DNA from: an uncultured Planctomycetales bacterium
Lineage (GTDB): Bacteria > Planctomycetota > Planctomycetia > Pirellulales > S012-138
Length of the DNA: 64,000 nt
NCBI GenBank assembly: GCA_937982665.1
Contig: CALJLD010000060.1
Span: 16,596 to 80,595, forward strand
Direction of reading: 5' to 3'
Below are positions 1-8,517 of this stretch, piece by piece. The notes beneath the pieces were generated by a model. The model was not told the DNA's origin. It did no database searches and saw nothing but the letters and a program-made list of their open reading frames with translations. The position numbers and the translations under genes are program-made. Within the stretch, counting starts at the first letter, position 1. Every line of letters begins with the position of its first letter.

Positions 1-399
1 CGCGGCCTCGTAGAGGTGGAACTCATCGTCGCGCAAGCCGTTGTTGGCCGCGTGCTGCTTGAGCCATTTGACATGGACGGGCTCAGCCTCGGCGAAGCCA
101 ATGAAGATGTCCTTGATGCCTGCCTGCCGCGCCGCAAGCGCTCCACGAACGCCCCAACGACCGTAACCGGCGCCCAACTCTACCATTACGAACCGGTCCT
201 TGGCATAGTCCGCGGACTCCAGAATGTCGATCCACTCCAGGTAGTCTTCGTCCACAGGCGGCATCTGTTCGACCAGCCCTGGATTGGAAAAGCAACCAAA
301 CTCCATGCTTGTGCGGACTCCGATAAAGTCCGTGTGCATGCCATCTGGATCAGCCTGACGCTGGGCGGAGAACTTATCGAAAATGGAGTTTTTTGACAT
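1..399 (-). CDS. SAM-dependent methyltransferase, FkbM-like (first 133 codons; 3' end lies beyond window start)
   Basis: Not in the ORF track because it runs off the edge. Hand translation of the minus strand from ATG at 397-399 gives MSKNSIFDKFSAQRQADPDGMHTDFIGVRTSMEFGCFSNPGLVEQMPPVDEDYLEWIDILESADYAKDRFVMVELGAGYGRWGVRGALAARQAG..., open down to position 1. VELGAGYGRWG resembles class I methyltransferase motif I. Confidence 0.6.
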   Translation of the reverse strand, partial: MSKNSIFDKFSAQRQADPDGMHTDFIGVRTSMEFGCFSNPGLVEQMPPVDEDYLEWIDILESADYAKDRFVMVELGAGYGRWGVRGALAARQAGIKDIFIGFAEAEPVHVKWLKQHAANNGLRDDEFHLYEAA

Positions 400-462
400 G
401 GCTTGCTTCCTGAACTTTGTGGGTCATATGTTCGCGTGAGATTGAAAGTGGCAGTGCTCCAA

Positions 463-1809
463 TCAGGCAGCTTGAGTGACGTGCGATTGGGAACCACTTG
501 CGGCAATGACGTGATCCGGCAGATCGAGATTCGCCATGCCCCAATCACTACCGTTGAATTCGTAGACGCCGTCGGTCTCGCGAATCCGATCGTGGAGCAT
601 GTCCAGGTCTTCGTTTGTCAGGAACGGAATTCCCTTGGCACGTAAGCGATCCCAGAGGGCTTCGGCGGACTCGGGCGTCCAGCCGCCACGATGCTCGATG
701 TGATACAACTGATGCGGGACCACGCTCTCCAAAATGCCGGAGTGATACGCGGCAAAGACCAGCAGCGAATCGAGGTGCCAGGAGAAGATCTCTAACTCGG
801 CGTACCCGCCCAACTTCTCCCAGTCTTCGCGCGACATTAAAGTGAAATCGCCGCAACCGTTGGTGTGCATTCTGTTCAGCGGATTTGACCAGCCGCGCAA
901 TTGTCGCTTCAGGGCGAGGGAATTCGCTCGCTTCCAACACCGTGGATCAACGATGAATCTCGCACCTCTGGCGACCGCCTGAAATGACTCTTTGGCATAG
1001 TGCGAGCTGATGCGCTTGCCCAAGCTCACGGATTTTTGGCCACCGCGATAACCAAGTTTTGAAAAACGCCAGGCCTGCCGTGCTGCAAAGCGGGGTGAAA
1101 GGTCCAACACCGCATTCCCCAAGCGATAGAAAAGTGATCGCTGTCGCGCATCGTCCGGACCGTTCCCTTCACCGCCAAGCAATGTCCGGCGGACTTGGCG
1201 CCAGAGATGCTGACTCCAAGCCAGGCCTGGCAAAGCCGGGGCATGCCACTTGTCGCCATCAACGGTGCCGTACTTGGTGTGAACGCGGAGCAAGTTGTTG
1301 CGGCAGAACGCCAGTTGCTCATCGGAATCTTCCAAGCCCATCACGTCCATCGGCACGTCAAACCGGTCTGTGCGATAATAATACCCTTGCTTGAGCTTGC
1401 CGTTTGCCAGCCACTTCGTGAGTTCGTCAGAGAAGATCAAGTCGACATTTGTTGCCAGCACGAACTTCCCGTGCGCGCGGCGAATGCCGACGTTCTTCGC
1501 CAGCATTTGGTACAGGGGCAGCGAATCGCCACAGGCGAGCCCGAGATGCACATCACGCGGAACGGTGACCATGCGGTAGTCACACCAGCCGTCACACTCC
1601 GGCCAATGCAACTCGTCCGCCAGCGGACCGCGATCCTCCGGCGGATTCCATTCAACAAAGATCAACTCCGCACGAAGTTGATGACGCCGACATTGTTCGG
1701 CCACACTGTTGATGAACGTCTGCGTGCGGCGATTTAAGTCGCCTCCGTGATTGTCGTTTCGCGATGTCACGACAATGCTGAGGTACGGTTGCGATGGCTT
1801 TGCCGACAT
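463..1809 (-). CDS. glycosyltransferase (GT-A fold, family 2-like)
   Basis: 448-aa ORF with ATG at 1807-1809. The N-terminus LSIVVTSRNDNHGGDL is typical of GT2-type enzymes. It sits inside a sugar-nucleotide/ABC exporter cluster. Confidence 0.6.
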   Translation of the reverse strand: MSAKPSQPYLSIVVTSRNDNHGGDLNRRTQTFINSVAEQCRRHQLRAELIFVEWNPPEDRGPLADELHWPECDGWCDYRMVTVPRDVHLGLACGDSLPLYQMLAKNVGIRRAHGKFVLATNVDLIFSDELTKWLANGKLKQGYYYRTDRFDVPMDVMGLEDSDEQLAFCRNNLLRVHTKYGTVDGDKWHAPALPGLAWSQHLWRQVRRTLLGGEGNGPDDARQRSLFYRLGNAVLDLSPRFAARQAWRFSKLGYRGGQKSVSLGKRISSHYAKESFQAVARGARFIVDPRCWKRANSLALKRQLRGWSNPLNRMHTNGCGDFTLMSREDWEKLGGYAELEIFSWHLDSLLVFAAYHSGILESVVPHQLYHIEHRGGWTPESAEALWDRLRAKGIPFLTNEDLDMLHDRIRETDGVYEFNGSDWGMANLDLPDHVIAASGSQSHVTQAA

Positions 1810-1892
1810 GCCGAAAAGTCTCTCGCGTGAGCTGGAAAAAAAGGGCGTCGATTGACGCCCTTGGTGCTTTGAACCATTTGGCGAAAAACGAC

Positions 1893-2882
1893 CTACGCCG
1901 CTTTGCGTGCGGTTCCCATCTGGGTGGCCAATTCGCCTTCAATCCATTGGTAGGTTTGAGCCAGGCCATCTTCCAGAGAGATCTGCGGTTCCCAGCCCAG
2001 GACATCCCGCAGGCGGTCATTGTTCGAATTGCGACCGCGGACGCCTTGCGGTCCGGAGATGTGTTTCTTGGTGATCTCAATCCCGGCGGCTTGCGCGACA
2101 ATGTCAGCAAGTTCGTTGATGCTGATCAGGCGGTCTTGTCCCAAGTTGAGCGGTTCGTGGTAATCCGAATTCATCAACTTGAAGATGCCCTGCACGCAGT
2201 CATCAACGTGGCAGAAAGAACGAGTTTGCTCGCCGTCTCCCCAAATCTCGATCTCGTGATTGCCAGTCAATTTGGCATAGGCAATCTTGCGGCACATCGC
2301 GGCGGGGGCCTTTTCACGGCCACCATCCCAGGTGCCCAGCGGACCAAAGATGTTGTGGAAGCGGACAATCCGTGTCTCAATGCCGTAATCTTCCTGGTAG
2401 TGGATGCACAGTCGCTCCGTGATCAACTTCTCCCATCCGTACGCGTCCTGCGGCGCCGCCGGATAAGCATCTTCTTCCTTCAGCGGTGTGACTTCCGCGT
2501 CAGTCTGAAGATACTCCGGGTAAATGCAGGCGGAAGAAGTATAGAGATACTTGCTGACGCCGTTGACGCGAGCGGCTTCCAAAGTGTGGAAGTTGATTGT
2601 CGCGTTGTTGTACAAGATGAGCGCGTGATTGGCTGAAATGAAGCCCATGCCGCCCATGTCTGCCGCTAATGCGTAAACTTGATCAACATCGCGAGTAGCT
2701 TGCAGGCTATTATCCCAGCGCCGCAAATCCAGCAATTCAAATTCATCGGCATCGGTCTCGTTGAATTCGGGATGCTTGATATCAACACCGCGAACCCAAT
2801 AGCCTTGGTTCTTGAGGAAGGTCACCAAGTGATGGCCAATGAAACCGCCGGCGCCGGTAACGAGAACTTTTTTTTGCGACAT
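1893..2882 (-). CDS. GDP-mannose 3,5-epimerase-like NAD-dependent epimerase (SDR family)
   Basis: Rossmann motif VLVTGAGGFIGHH. Long stretches match the plant GME as I remember it: LAADMGGMGFI, YNN, SSACIYPE, PQDAYGWEKL, RFHNIFGPLGTWDGGREKAPAAMCRK, GDGEQTRSF, GPQGVRGRNSNN. Start refined to the ATG at 2880-2882, preceded by GGAGG. Confidence 0.8.
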   Translation of the reverse strand: MSQKKVLVTGAGGFIGHHLVTFLKNQGYWVRGVDIKHPEFNETDADEFELLDLRRWDNSLQATRDVDQVYALAADMGGMGFISANHALILYNNATINFHTLEAARVNGVSKYLYTSSACIYPEYLQTDAEVTPLKEEDAYPAAPQDAYGWEKLITERLCIHYQEDYGIETRIVRFHNIFGPLGTWDGGREKAPAAMCRKIAYAKLTGNHEIEIWGDGEQTRSFCHVDDCVQGIFKLMNSDYHEPLNLGQDRLISINELADIVAQAAGIEITKKHISGPQGVRGRNSNNDRLRDVLGWEPQISLEDGLAQTYQWIEGELATQMGTARKAA

Positions 2883-2967
2883 TGGGTTCCCCTCCTTGGG
2901 AATTCTGCAAAGCCGAGGTCTCGGCAAGATGGTGATGTGATTCTGCGGAACAAGGTTCACGGCCGAG

Positions 2968-3876
2968 CTAGGCCGCTTGTTTTGATGTGTTGATCTTTGT
3001 CGCCGCGGCGGACGCAGCGTTGAACTTTGCCGTCACGCACAAGTGCCAGCCCAGGTGAGTTTCGAACCAGCGGAACATAGCCTTGGGCATGTAGCGGAAG
3101 TACCAGACTTTCTTGTAGCGGTACTCTTTGTAGTCCTTGATGGCATACGGAAAGATGTGATCAACAAGCGTTTCCGTTGTCTGGAAGCCAAACTCGGCCA
3201 GCAGCTTGGACATCTCCTTACCGCTGTACGTGTAGGTCACCGGGCAGCCAGTTTGGGCCTCGGAGTATTTGGCCACAAGTTCGCTGGTCTTCCAGAATTG
3301 TCCCCAGCCGTACCGCATGACAATCCAATAGACCTTCCAAGCGAAACGGTAGTAATTCATGACCTTGAGCGTTGTGCCTTCGCCGGCATAGTGCGCCAAC
3401 TGTCCGTACACGCGCTCAGGATGCGGCGTGTGATGAATCACGCCGAAGGAATAGATCAGGTCATACTTTTCGACCGGAACGAAGCTTGTCAGCTCTTCCG
3501 CGTTACCTGGGCAGAATCGAATGCGATCCGAAAGTCCGAAGACCTCGGCGCGCTGTTTGGCGACAGCCATCGATTCGTTGGAAAGATCGACCGTTGTCAC
3601 TTCCGCGCCATGTCGGGCGAAGTTGATCGTGTCTGTTCCAATCCCGCAGCCGATTTCCAGCACCTTTTTGCCTTCCCAGGAGGGAAAGTCAGCGAAGGTT
3701 GGAATGTGCGGCTCCACGTAGTACTTGCGAGCTTCAACCTCGTTGAAGTACTCCTTGGTGCCAACCTCGCGCGGAGAATGGCGGATATTGCACGGGCGGC
3801 GATTCCAATAGTTGCGAACAGCGTCGATCGGAACCGTGCTGAATTCAGTTTCTGTAGACAATGCCTGTCTCCTCAC
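2968..3876 (-). CDS. class I SAM-dependent methyltransferase
   Basis: Motif I VLEIGCGIGTDT, then VTTVDLS and GNAEEL. The start is uncertain: GTG at 3876, or TTG at 3861 behind AGGAG. Confidence 0.75.
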   Translation of the reverse strand: MRRQALSTETEFSTVPIDAVRNYWNRRPCNIRHSPREVGTKEYFNEVEARKYYVEPHIPTFADFPSWEGKKVLEIGCGIGTDTINFARHGAEVTTVDLSNESMAVAKQRAEVFGLSDRIRFCPGNAEELTSFVPVEKYDLIYSFGVIHHTPHPERVYGQLAHYAGEGTTLKVMNYYRFAWKVYWIVMRYGWGQFWKTSELVAKYSEAQTGCPVTYTYSGKEMSKLLAEFGFQTTETLVDHIFPYAIKDYKEYRYKKVWYFRYMPKAMFRWFETHLGWHLCVTAKFNAASAAATKINTSKQAA

Positions 3877-3951
3877 TTACGCGGCAGGCGGTCACTTGCG
3901 GGAACAAAAACGCAGGCCAAGCCTGCGGTTGAGGACAATGTACATTTGGGA

Positions 3952-5316
3952 TCAAGCCGCCTTCGCGGTGATGCCGGAGGTGTGCTGCAAAGCGTGGGCT
4001 CGCTTGACGGCAACGTCGCTTGTGCCCCAGGCGATGTAGTTGCAAACCTGCGAAAACGCCTCGCGATCAAGCACTCGCCAGCAATCGATGATCGTGCGAT
4101 GTCCGGCCGCGTCTTGCGGCTGAACGGACTTGAACTCGGGGCACGGCAGCGTCAGTACCGCCACGTCAGATTGCTGAACGCACTCGTTCGGCGAGTCCAC
4201 GTAACGCAATGAATCGCCAAACACGCCCCGCGCGGTTTCATTCGCGGCCGGATCATAGGCCACGACATTTGCACCTTCGGCAATCAGGCACTCGGCCAGC
4301 ATCAGGCCTTGGGCTTTCTCGACAAAGTTCGTGTCCGGCTTGTAAGCCAGGCCAAGAATGCCCACAGTGCCGCCAGCCGGCAGGTGCGCGTTGACGGCAT
4401 CGTGTAGCCGCGGCACCTGGTGGCGATTGATTTCGTCCGTGGCGAGTGGCAACGGAGCCGTCACTTGCAACTCTTTGCAGATCGCGGTGATGGCCTTGTT
4501 GTCTCGTGGGAAACAGGGACCGCCGTATCCAACCGAACCCTTGAGGTATTTGCGGCCAATCCGTGTGTCCAATCCCAACGCGTTGGTAACGACGTCGACA
4601 TCGCCGTCATCCAGATGTTCGCAGATTTCCGCGAGCATGTTGGCGTAGGAGATCTTAGTCGTCACAAAGGTGTTCAACGCCAGCTTGGTCAACTCCGCAT
4701 TTGCGAAGCTCATTCGCTGCACCGCGGCATCATTCTCGACGACGCTGCGATAGATGCTCTCGAGCAAACTGCCGGAACGCTCGTCCGATTCCCCAATCAG
4801 GGTGAAGTCAGGGCGAAGGTAATCGCGAATGACGCTGCCCAGCGAAATGAACTCCGGACTGTAGCACAGCCCAAAGTCCTTGCCGCACTTCTTTCCGGAA
4901 ATGCGTTCAATCTCCGGCAAGACTTGCCTGCCTGTCGCGCCCGGCATGACCGTGCTCGTCAGGACGACAACGTGGAACTCATCTTTTTCGGCGATGACTT
5001 CCGCAATTGGACGCACGGCGGAAAACACATAGTCCAAAGAGAAGTGGCCGTTCTCTTGGCTTGGAGTGGGAACAATCAAGAAGCTGAAGTCGCACTCGCG
5101 GACAGCTGTTTTTGTATCTTCCGTTGCGGAAAGATTGCTGCCAGCGGCTTGAATCAATTCTTGCAACCCTGGCTCAAAAACCGGGGCTTGTCCGTCATTA
5201 ATCTTGGCGACGAAGTCCGCGTTCATGTCGACACCAATCACCTGGTGTCCCTTGGACGCGAAACAAGCTGCCATGGGGGAACCCAGTTTCCCCAGGCCAA
5301 TCACCGCGATCTTCAT
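3952..5316 (-). CDS. nucleotide-sugar dehydrogenase (UDP-glucose/GDP-mannose dehydrogenase family)
   Basis: N-terminal MKIAVIGLGKLGSPMA Rossmann motif and catalytic-Cys region GYGGPCFPRDNKA. Start refined to the ATG at 5314-5316. Confidence 0.85.
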   Translation of the reverse strand: MKIAVIGLGKLGSPMAACFASKGHQVIGVDMNADFVAKINDGQAPVFEPGLQELIQAAGSNLSATEDTKTAVRECDFSFLIVPTPSQENGHFSLDYVFSAVRPIAEVIAEKDEFHVVVLTSTVMPGATGRQVLPEIERISGKKCGKDFGLCYSPEFISLGSVIRDYLRPDFTLIGESDERSGSLLESIYRSVVENDAAVQRMSFANAELTKLALNTFVTTKISYANMLAEICEHLDDGDVDVVTNALGLDTRIGRKYLKGSVGYGGPCFPRDNKAITAICKELQVTAPLPLATDEINRHQVPRLHDAVNAHLPAGGTVGILGLAYKPDTNFVEKAQGLMLAECLIAEGANVVAYDPAANETARGVFGDSLRYVDSPNECVQQSDVAVLTLPCPEFKSVQPQDAAGHRTIIDCWRVLDREAFSQVCNYIAWGTSDVAVKRAHALQHTSGITAKAA

Positions 5317-5498
5317 ACTCGCTCCCTCGAGTTTTCCAAGTCGTTGACAGAAGCCGCCGATCATTCGCGGCAGCCGAGAGAGGAGACCTGCGCCAATCTT
5401 CCTTGACTGACGATCCCCCTCTGTGCGGTACGTGAGCAGCGATGTTTAATGCAAAACGAAAAACGCCGCAAGACGGGAACTTTGATCCAACACAAGCA

Positions 5499-6074
5499 TC
5501 AAGTGCTAGCAACCGCCATGTCCAATGCAAAGCACATCACCGCGGTGGCCAACCCGGCGAGGTTTTTAAATTCACCGTTGCGAATTGCTGACTGCAACTC
5601 CGAGGAACTCATCAACTCGGTTTGCAGGTCTTCTGTTTCGTCAACGCGAGGCGCGGCGACCTGTTTCGCGTTCAACGCGAGAAACAAGTGCATGCGTCCG
5701 CAGTGTCGGTTGGCGTCGACAACGAACGCGCCCAACGCTTGCCAGCTATCGCTTTCGTAGCCGGTCTCCTCAAGCAGTTCTCGCTGAGCGGCCGCCAGCG
5801 GCTCCTCGCCTGACTCAATCAGGCCAGCGGGCGGAAGCAAGGTCTCTTCGCCAATACCATGCTTGTATCCACGAACCAGAACGATTCGCCTATCGGCGCG
5901 CTTTGCCAGCACGCTGGCAAAGTCCGGCATCTCGATGCGATAGAAATCGTCAATCACACGCCCGGACGGCAGCGCCACTTCCTGCTGCACGACGCGAAAC
6001 CAAGGGCGCGCGCAAAGCAACTCTCGTTCGCTCCGCGTGTGCCAGGCTCGCGCTGAGTTCGGCCCGCTGGACAT
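5499..6074 (-). CDS. Nudix hydrolase (nucleoside-diphosphate-sugar pyrophosphatase-like)
   Basis: Nudix box GLIESGEEPLAAAQRELLEETGYE. ATG at 6072-6074. Confidence 0.8.
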   Translation of the reverse strand: MSSGPNSARAWHTRSERELLCARPWFRVVQQEVALPSGRVIDDFYRIEMPDFASVLAKRADRRIVLVRGYKHGIGEETLLPPAGLIESGEEPLAAAQRELLEETGYESDSWQALGAFVVDANRHCGRMHLFLALNAKQVAAPRVDETEDLQTELMSSSELQSAIRNGEFKNLAGLATAVMCFALDMAVAST

Positions 6075-6096
6075 CAAATCAACCTCACGGTCGCGC

Positions 6097-6858
6097 TCAA
6101 GCGGCCAGCTTGCTCGAAGTGCTGGTTTGTTGCTCGGAATAGGCTGCGATCACTTCCTTGGGCGGACCCATTTGGCGAATGCTGCCGTGGTCCATCCAAA
6201 TCACGCGATTGCAAAGCTCTTCCATTGCGTTGAGGTCATGGCTGGCCAAGACGACCAGGCTGGCCGTTTGGAACATCTCGTCCATTCGCGCTCTGGCTTT
6301 GCTCAGAAACGACTTATCGCCGGCGCCCAGGACTTCATCCACAATCAGGATCTCTGGGTGTATGGCCGTGGCGATCGAGAAGCCCAGGCGGACAATCATG
6401 CCGGTCGAGTAATATCGCAGCGGCATGTCCAGGTATTCGCCCAGTTCGCTGAACTCGGCGATTTCCTGCATCTTGGGCGTGATCGTTTGCGGCGTTTCGC
6501 CCAGCAAGTAGGCTCGGTATTTGATGTTTTCCCAGCCGCTGGCGTCCAACTCAAAGCCAAGCGTCACATCAAATAAAGAGCTTGTCCGACCAATGACATC
6601 GCGAGTTCCGTGCGTGGGCGGATAAACACCGGCAATCAGCTTCAACAAAGTGCTTTTGCCGGCTCCGTTGTGGCCGATGATGCCCAAGCGGTCACCTTCC
6701 TGGGCTTCAAACGAGACGTCATGCAGCGCGTTCACCGTGATGACAGGATTCCGCTTACGGCGAAACATGCCTTTGAGTACGTACTCTTTCAGCGTCACGC
6801 GGCCGTGGCGGCGGACTTCAAACTGAACGCCAACGTCCTTGAGCGAAATCTTGACCAT
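6097..6858 (-). CDS. polysaccharide ABC exporter ATP-binding protein (Wzt/TagH-like, NBD only)
   Basis: Walker A GHNGAGKST, signature YSTGM, Walker B ILIVDE. At 253 aa it has no C-terminal carbohydrate-binding extension. Confidence 0.85.
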   Translation of the reverse strand: MVKISLKDVGVQFEVRRHGRVTLKEYVLKGMFRRKRNPVITVNALHDVSFEAQEGDRLGIIGHNGAGKSTLLKLIAGVYPPTHGTRDVIGRTSSLFDVTLGFELDASGWENIKYRAYLLGETPQTITPKMQEIAEFSELGEYLDMPLRYYSTGMIVRLGFSIATAIHPEILIVDEVLGAGDKSFLSKARARMDEMFQTASLVVLASHDLNAMEELCNRVIWMDHGSIRQMGPPKEVIAAYSEQQTSTSSKLAA

Positions 6859-6900
6859 GACGCGAAAGCTACGAACAGAAGCGAAGTAACGAAGTTTGGA

Positions 6901-7695
6901 TCAAAGGTAGAAGATCAATCGCTTCTCCACCTTGGCCAGCGTCAGGCTGGCGATGGTGGCCATGACGAGAACAAAACTGCAAGCGTATGCCGTGGCTGCC
7001 ATTGATGGAGCCTGGCCTTCAAGGATGGGTTTGCGCAACATCTCCAGGCACGCCGCCAGCGGATTTGCATCCACAATCCAACCGATGCCGCGGTCCCGCA
7101 GCATCTGGGCGCGATAGAAGATGGGGGTCATGTAGAACAAAGCCTGCATGCCCACTTGCACCATGTGCTGCATATCTTGAAACACAACGTTGATCACGCC
7201 AAAGATGATGGCGACCGACCAACCCAACACAAAGAACAGCAAGAGCGTAGGCGCCAGCATCCACAAAGACGCCAGGTTGCCAAAGCCGCTTGTTGACCAG
7301 ACTAAGACCATCAGCACAACCAAAGCCACGACAAAATGGATGGCCATGCCCACGGTTGTCCGCAAGGGATAGATCGCCAGCGGAGCAGGTGACTGACGGA
7401 TGTAGGCTTCACCGGAGAAGTAGCACTGGCAGCTTTCGGTCAGCACTCCAGTGAAGTAGCTCCAAAACGCCAGTCCGGAGAGTACAAACGGCGCGTACGT
7501 GAGGATGTCTTGCCCAAACAACTGGCTGAACACAATGCAAAACACGCCGGTCATGGCGATGGGATGCATCAAAGACCAGCCGATCCCCAGCACACTGCGT
7601 CGATAGCGCTTCCGCAAATCGACCTTCACCAGCGACATCCAAAAGTATCGCTTGCGCCAGATCTCGTTGAGATATTGCGTTGCGTGCAAGATCAT
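6901..7695 (-). CDS. ABC-2 type polysaccharide exporter permease (Wzm/TagG-like)
   Basis: Multi-TM protein with the characteristic DLRKRYRRSVLGIGWSLMHP N-terminal motif. Adjacent to the NBD gene. ATG at 7695 preferred over GTG at 7770. Confidence 0.8.
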   Translation of the reverse strand: MILHATQYLNEIWRKRYFWMSLVKVDLRKRYRRSVLGIGWSLMHPIAMTGVFCIVFSQLFGQDILTYAPFVLSGLAFWSYFTGVLTESCQCYFSGEAYIRQSPAPLAIYPLRTTVGMAIHFVVALVVLMVLVWSTSGFGNLASLWMLAPTLLLFFVLGWSVAIIFGVINVVFQDMQHMVQVGMQALFYMTPIFYRAQMLRDRGIGWIVDANPLAACLEMLRKPILEGQAPSMAATAYACSFVLVMATIASLTLAKVEKRLIFYL

Positions 7696-7927
7696 GTTGC
7701 GTTGCCAGCATCCCTTAGCATGCGAGTGCCATCCGACCGCTGGCGTTTTGCCAGCGCGCAACGGCGGCACGCACGAACCCTACCGTGAAGGGGCGCGATC
7801 ATAGCGAGAGGGGCTCACAGCGGCAATCGCAACTGTGCTTGTGGTTCTTGACCGACAGCACTGCCAGCCAACGGCAAGGTTGTGATGACTCCCGAATCGA
7901 CTTCTGGCGGTAGTCTGCTGAATGCCG

Positions 7928-8263
7928 CTAGTTGGACTGAGCGGTCGATGCGCCAGTCGTTGTGGCGACTGCCGAAGCCTCGTCCGCGCTCAATCGCGGA
8001 AAGCGATTGCGGTAGATGATCCGCTCCAACCAATTGGCGCGGCGCAGGTTAGGATCGTCCGCACTGAGTACCCGCCGCTTGCCGCGACGAGTCTGGGCGA
8101 CGATCTCGCCGCTGGGAAGAGTCTCGGCAACAATCCAGAATTTGTCCACAACGTAGGAGTAGTCATCGCCTTTTGAAGAAGGGCGGACTTTCCTCGCGCG
8201 CGGAGATGGATGCGGACTGTTTTTGCTCTGTCGGAAGATGAGTTGGTCGCCAAGTGCAAACAT
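7928..8263 (-). CDS. hypothetical protein (111 aa)
   Basis: ORF with ATG at 8261-8263 behind AGGAGG. Codon usage looks like its neighbours. I recognise no motif. Confidence 0.45.
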   Translation of the reverse strand: MFALGDQLIFRQSKNSPHPSPRARKVRPSSKGDDYSYVVDKFWIVAETLPSGEIVAQTRRGKRRVLSADDPNLRRANWLERIIYRNRFPRLSADEASAVATTTGASTAQSN

Positions 8264-8319
8264 GGCTACCTCCTTAATCCTTTGTCTTGACAAACCTAAT
8301 CGTCCATGATTCCTCGGAA

Positions 8320-8348
8320 ATTATATGCTTTGCTTTCGCCGTTGTCGA
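8320..8348 (-). promoter_or_regulatory. sigma70-like promoter for the 7928-8263 gene
   Basis: On the minus strand: TCGACA (8343-8348), a 17-nt spacer, then TATAAT (8320-8325). A TTTGTC-TT-GACAAA palindrome (8281-8294) lies between it and the RBS. Confidence 0.35.
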
Positions 8349-8517
8349 ATTTAATGGGTCCAAACGTGCGGTTTTTTACGGTCGTCGGGTGTTGTTTCGT
8401 AAAGAAACTATGAAGTCGGCCATTAGTCCGTCGCCGTGTGGCATTTGCTGAGTAGCCTCGCGAGATGCTGCAGCGCGACGGATTCTCGGTTGCGGCCACC
8501 CAAGTAGCCTTCCAGAG

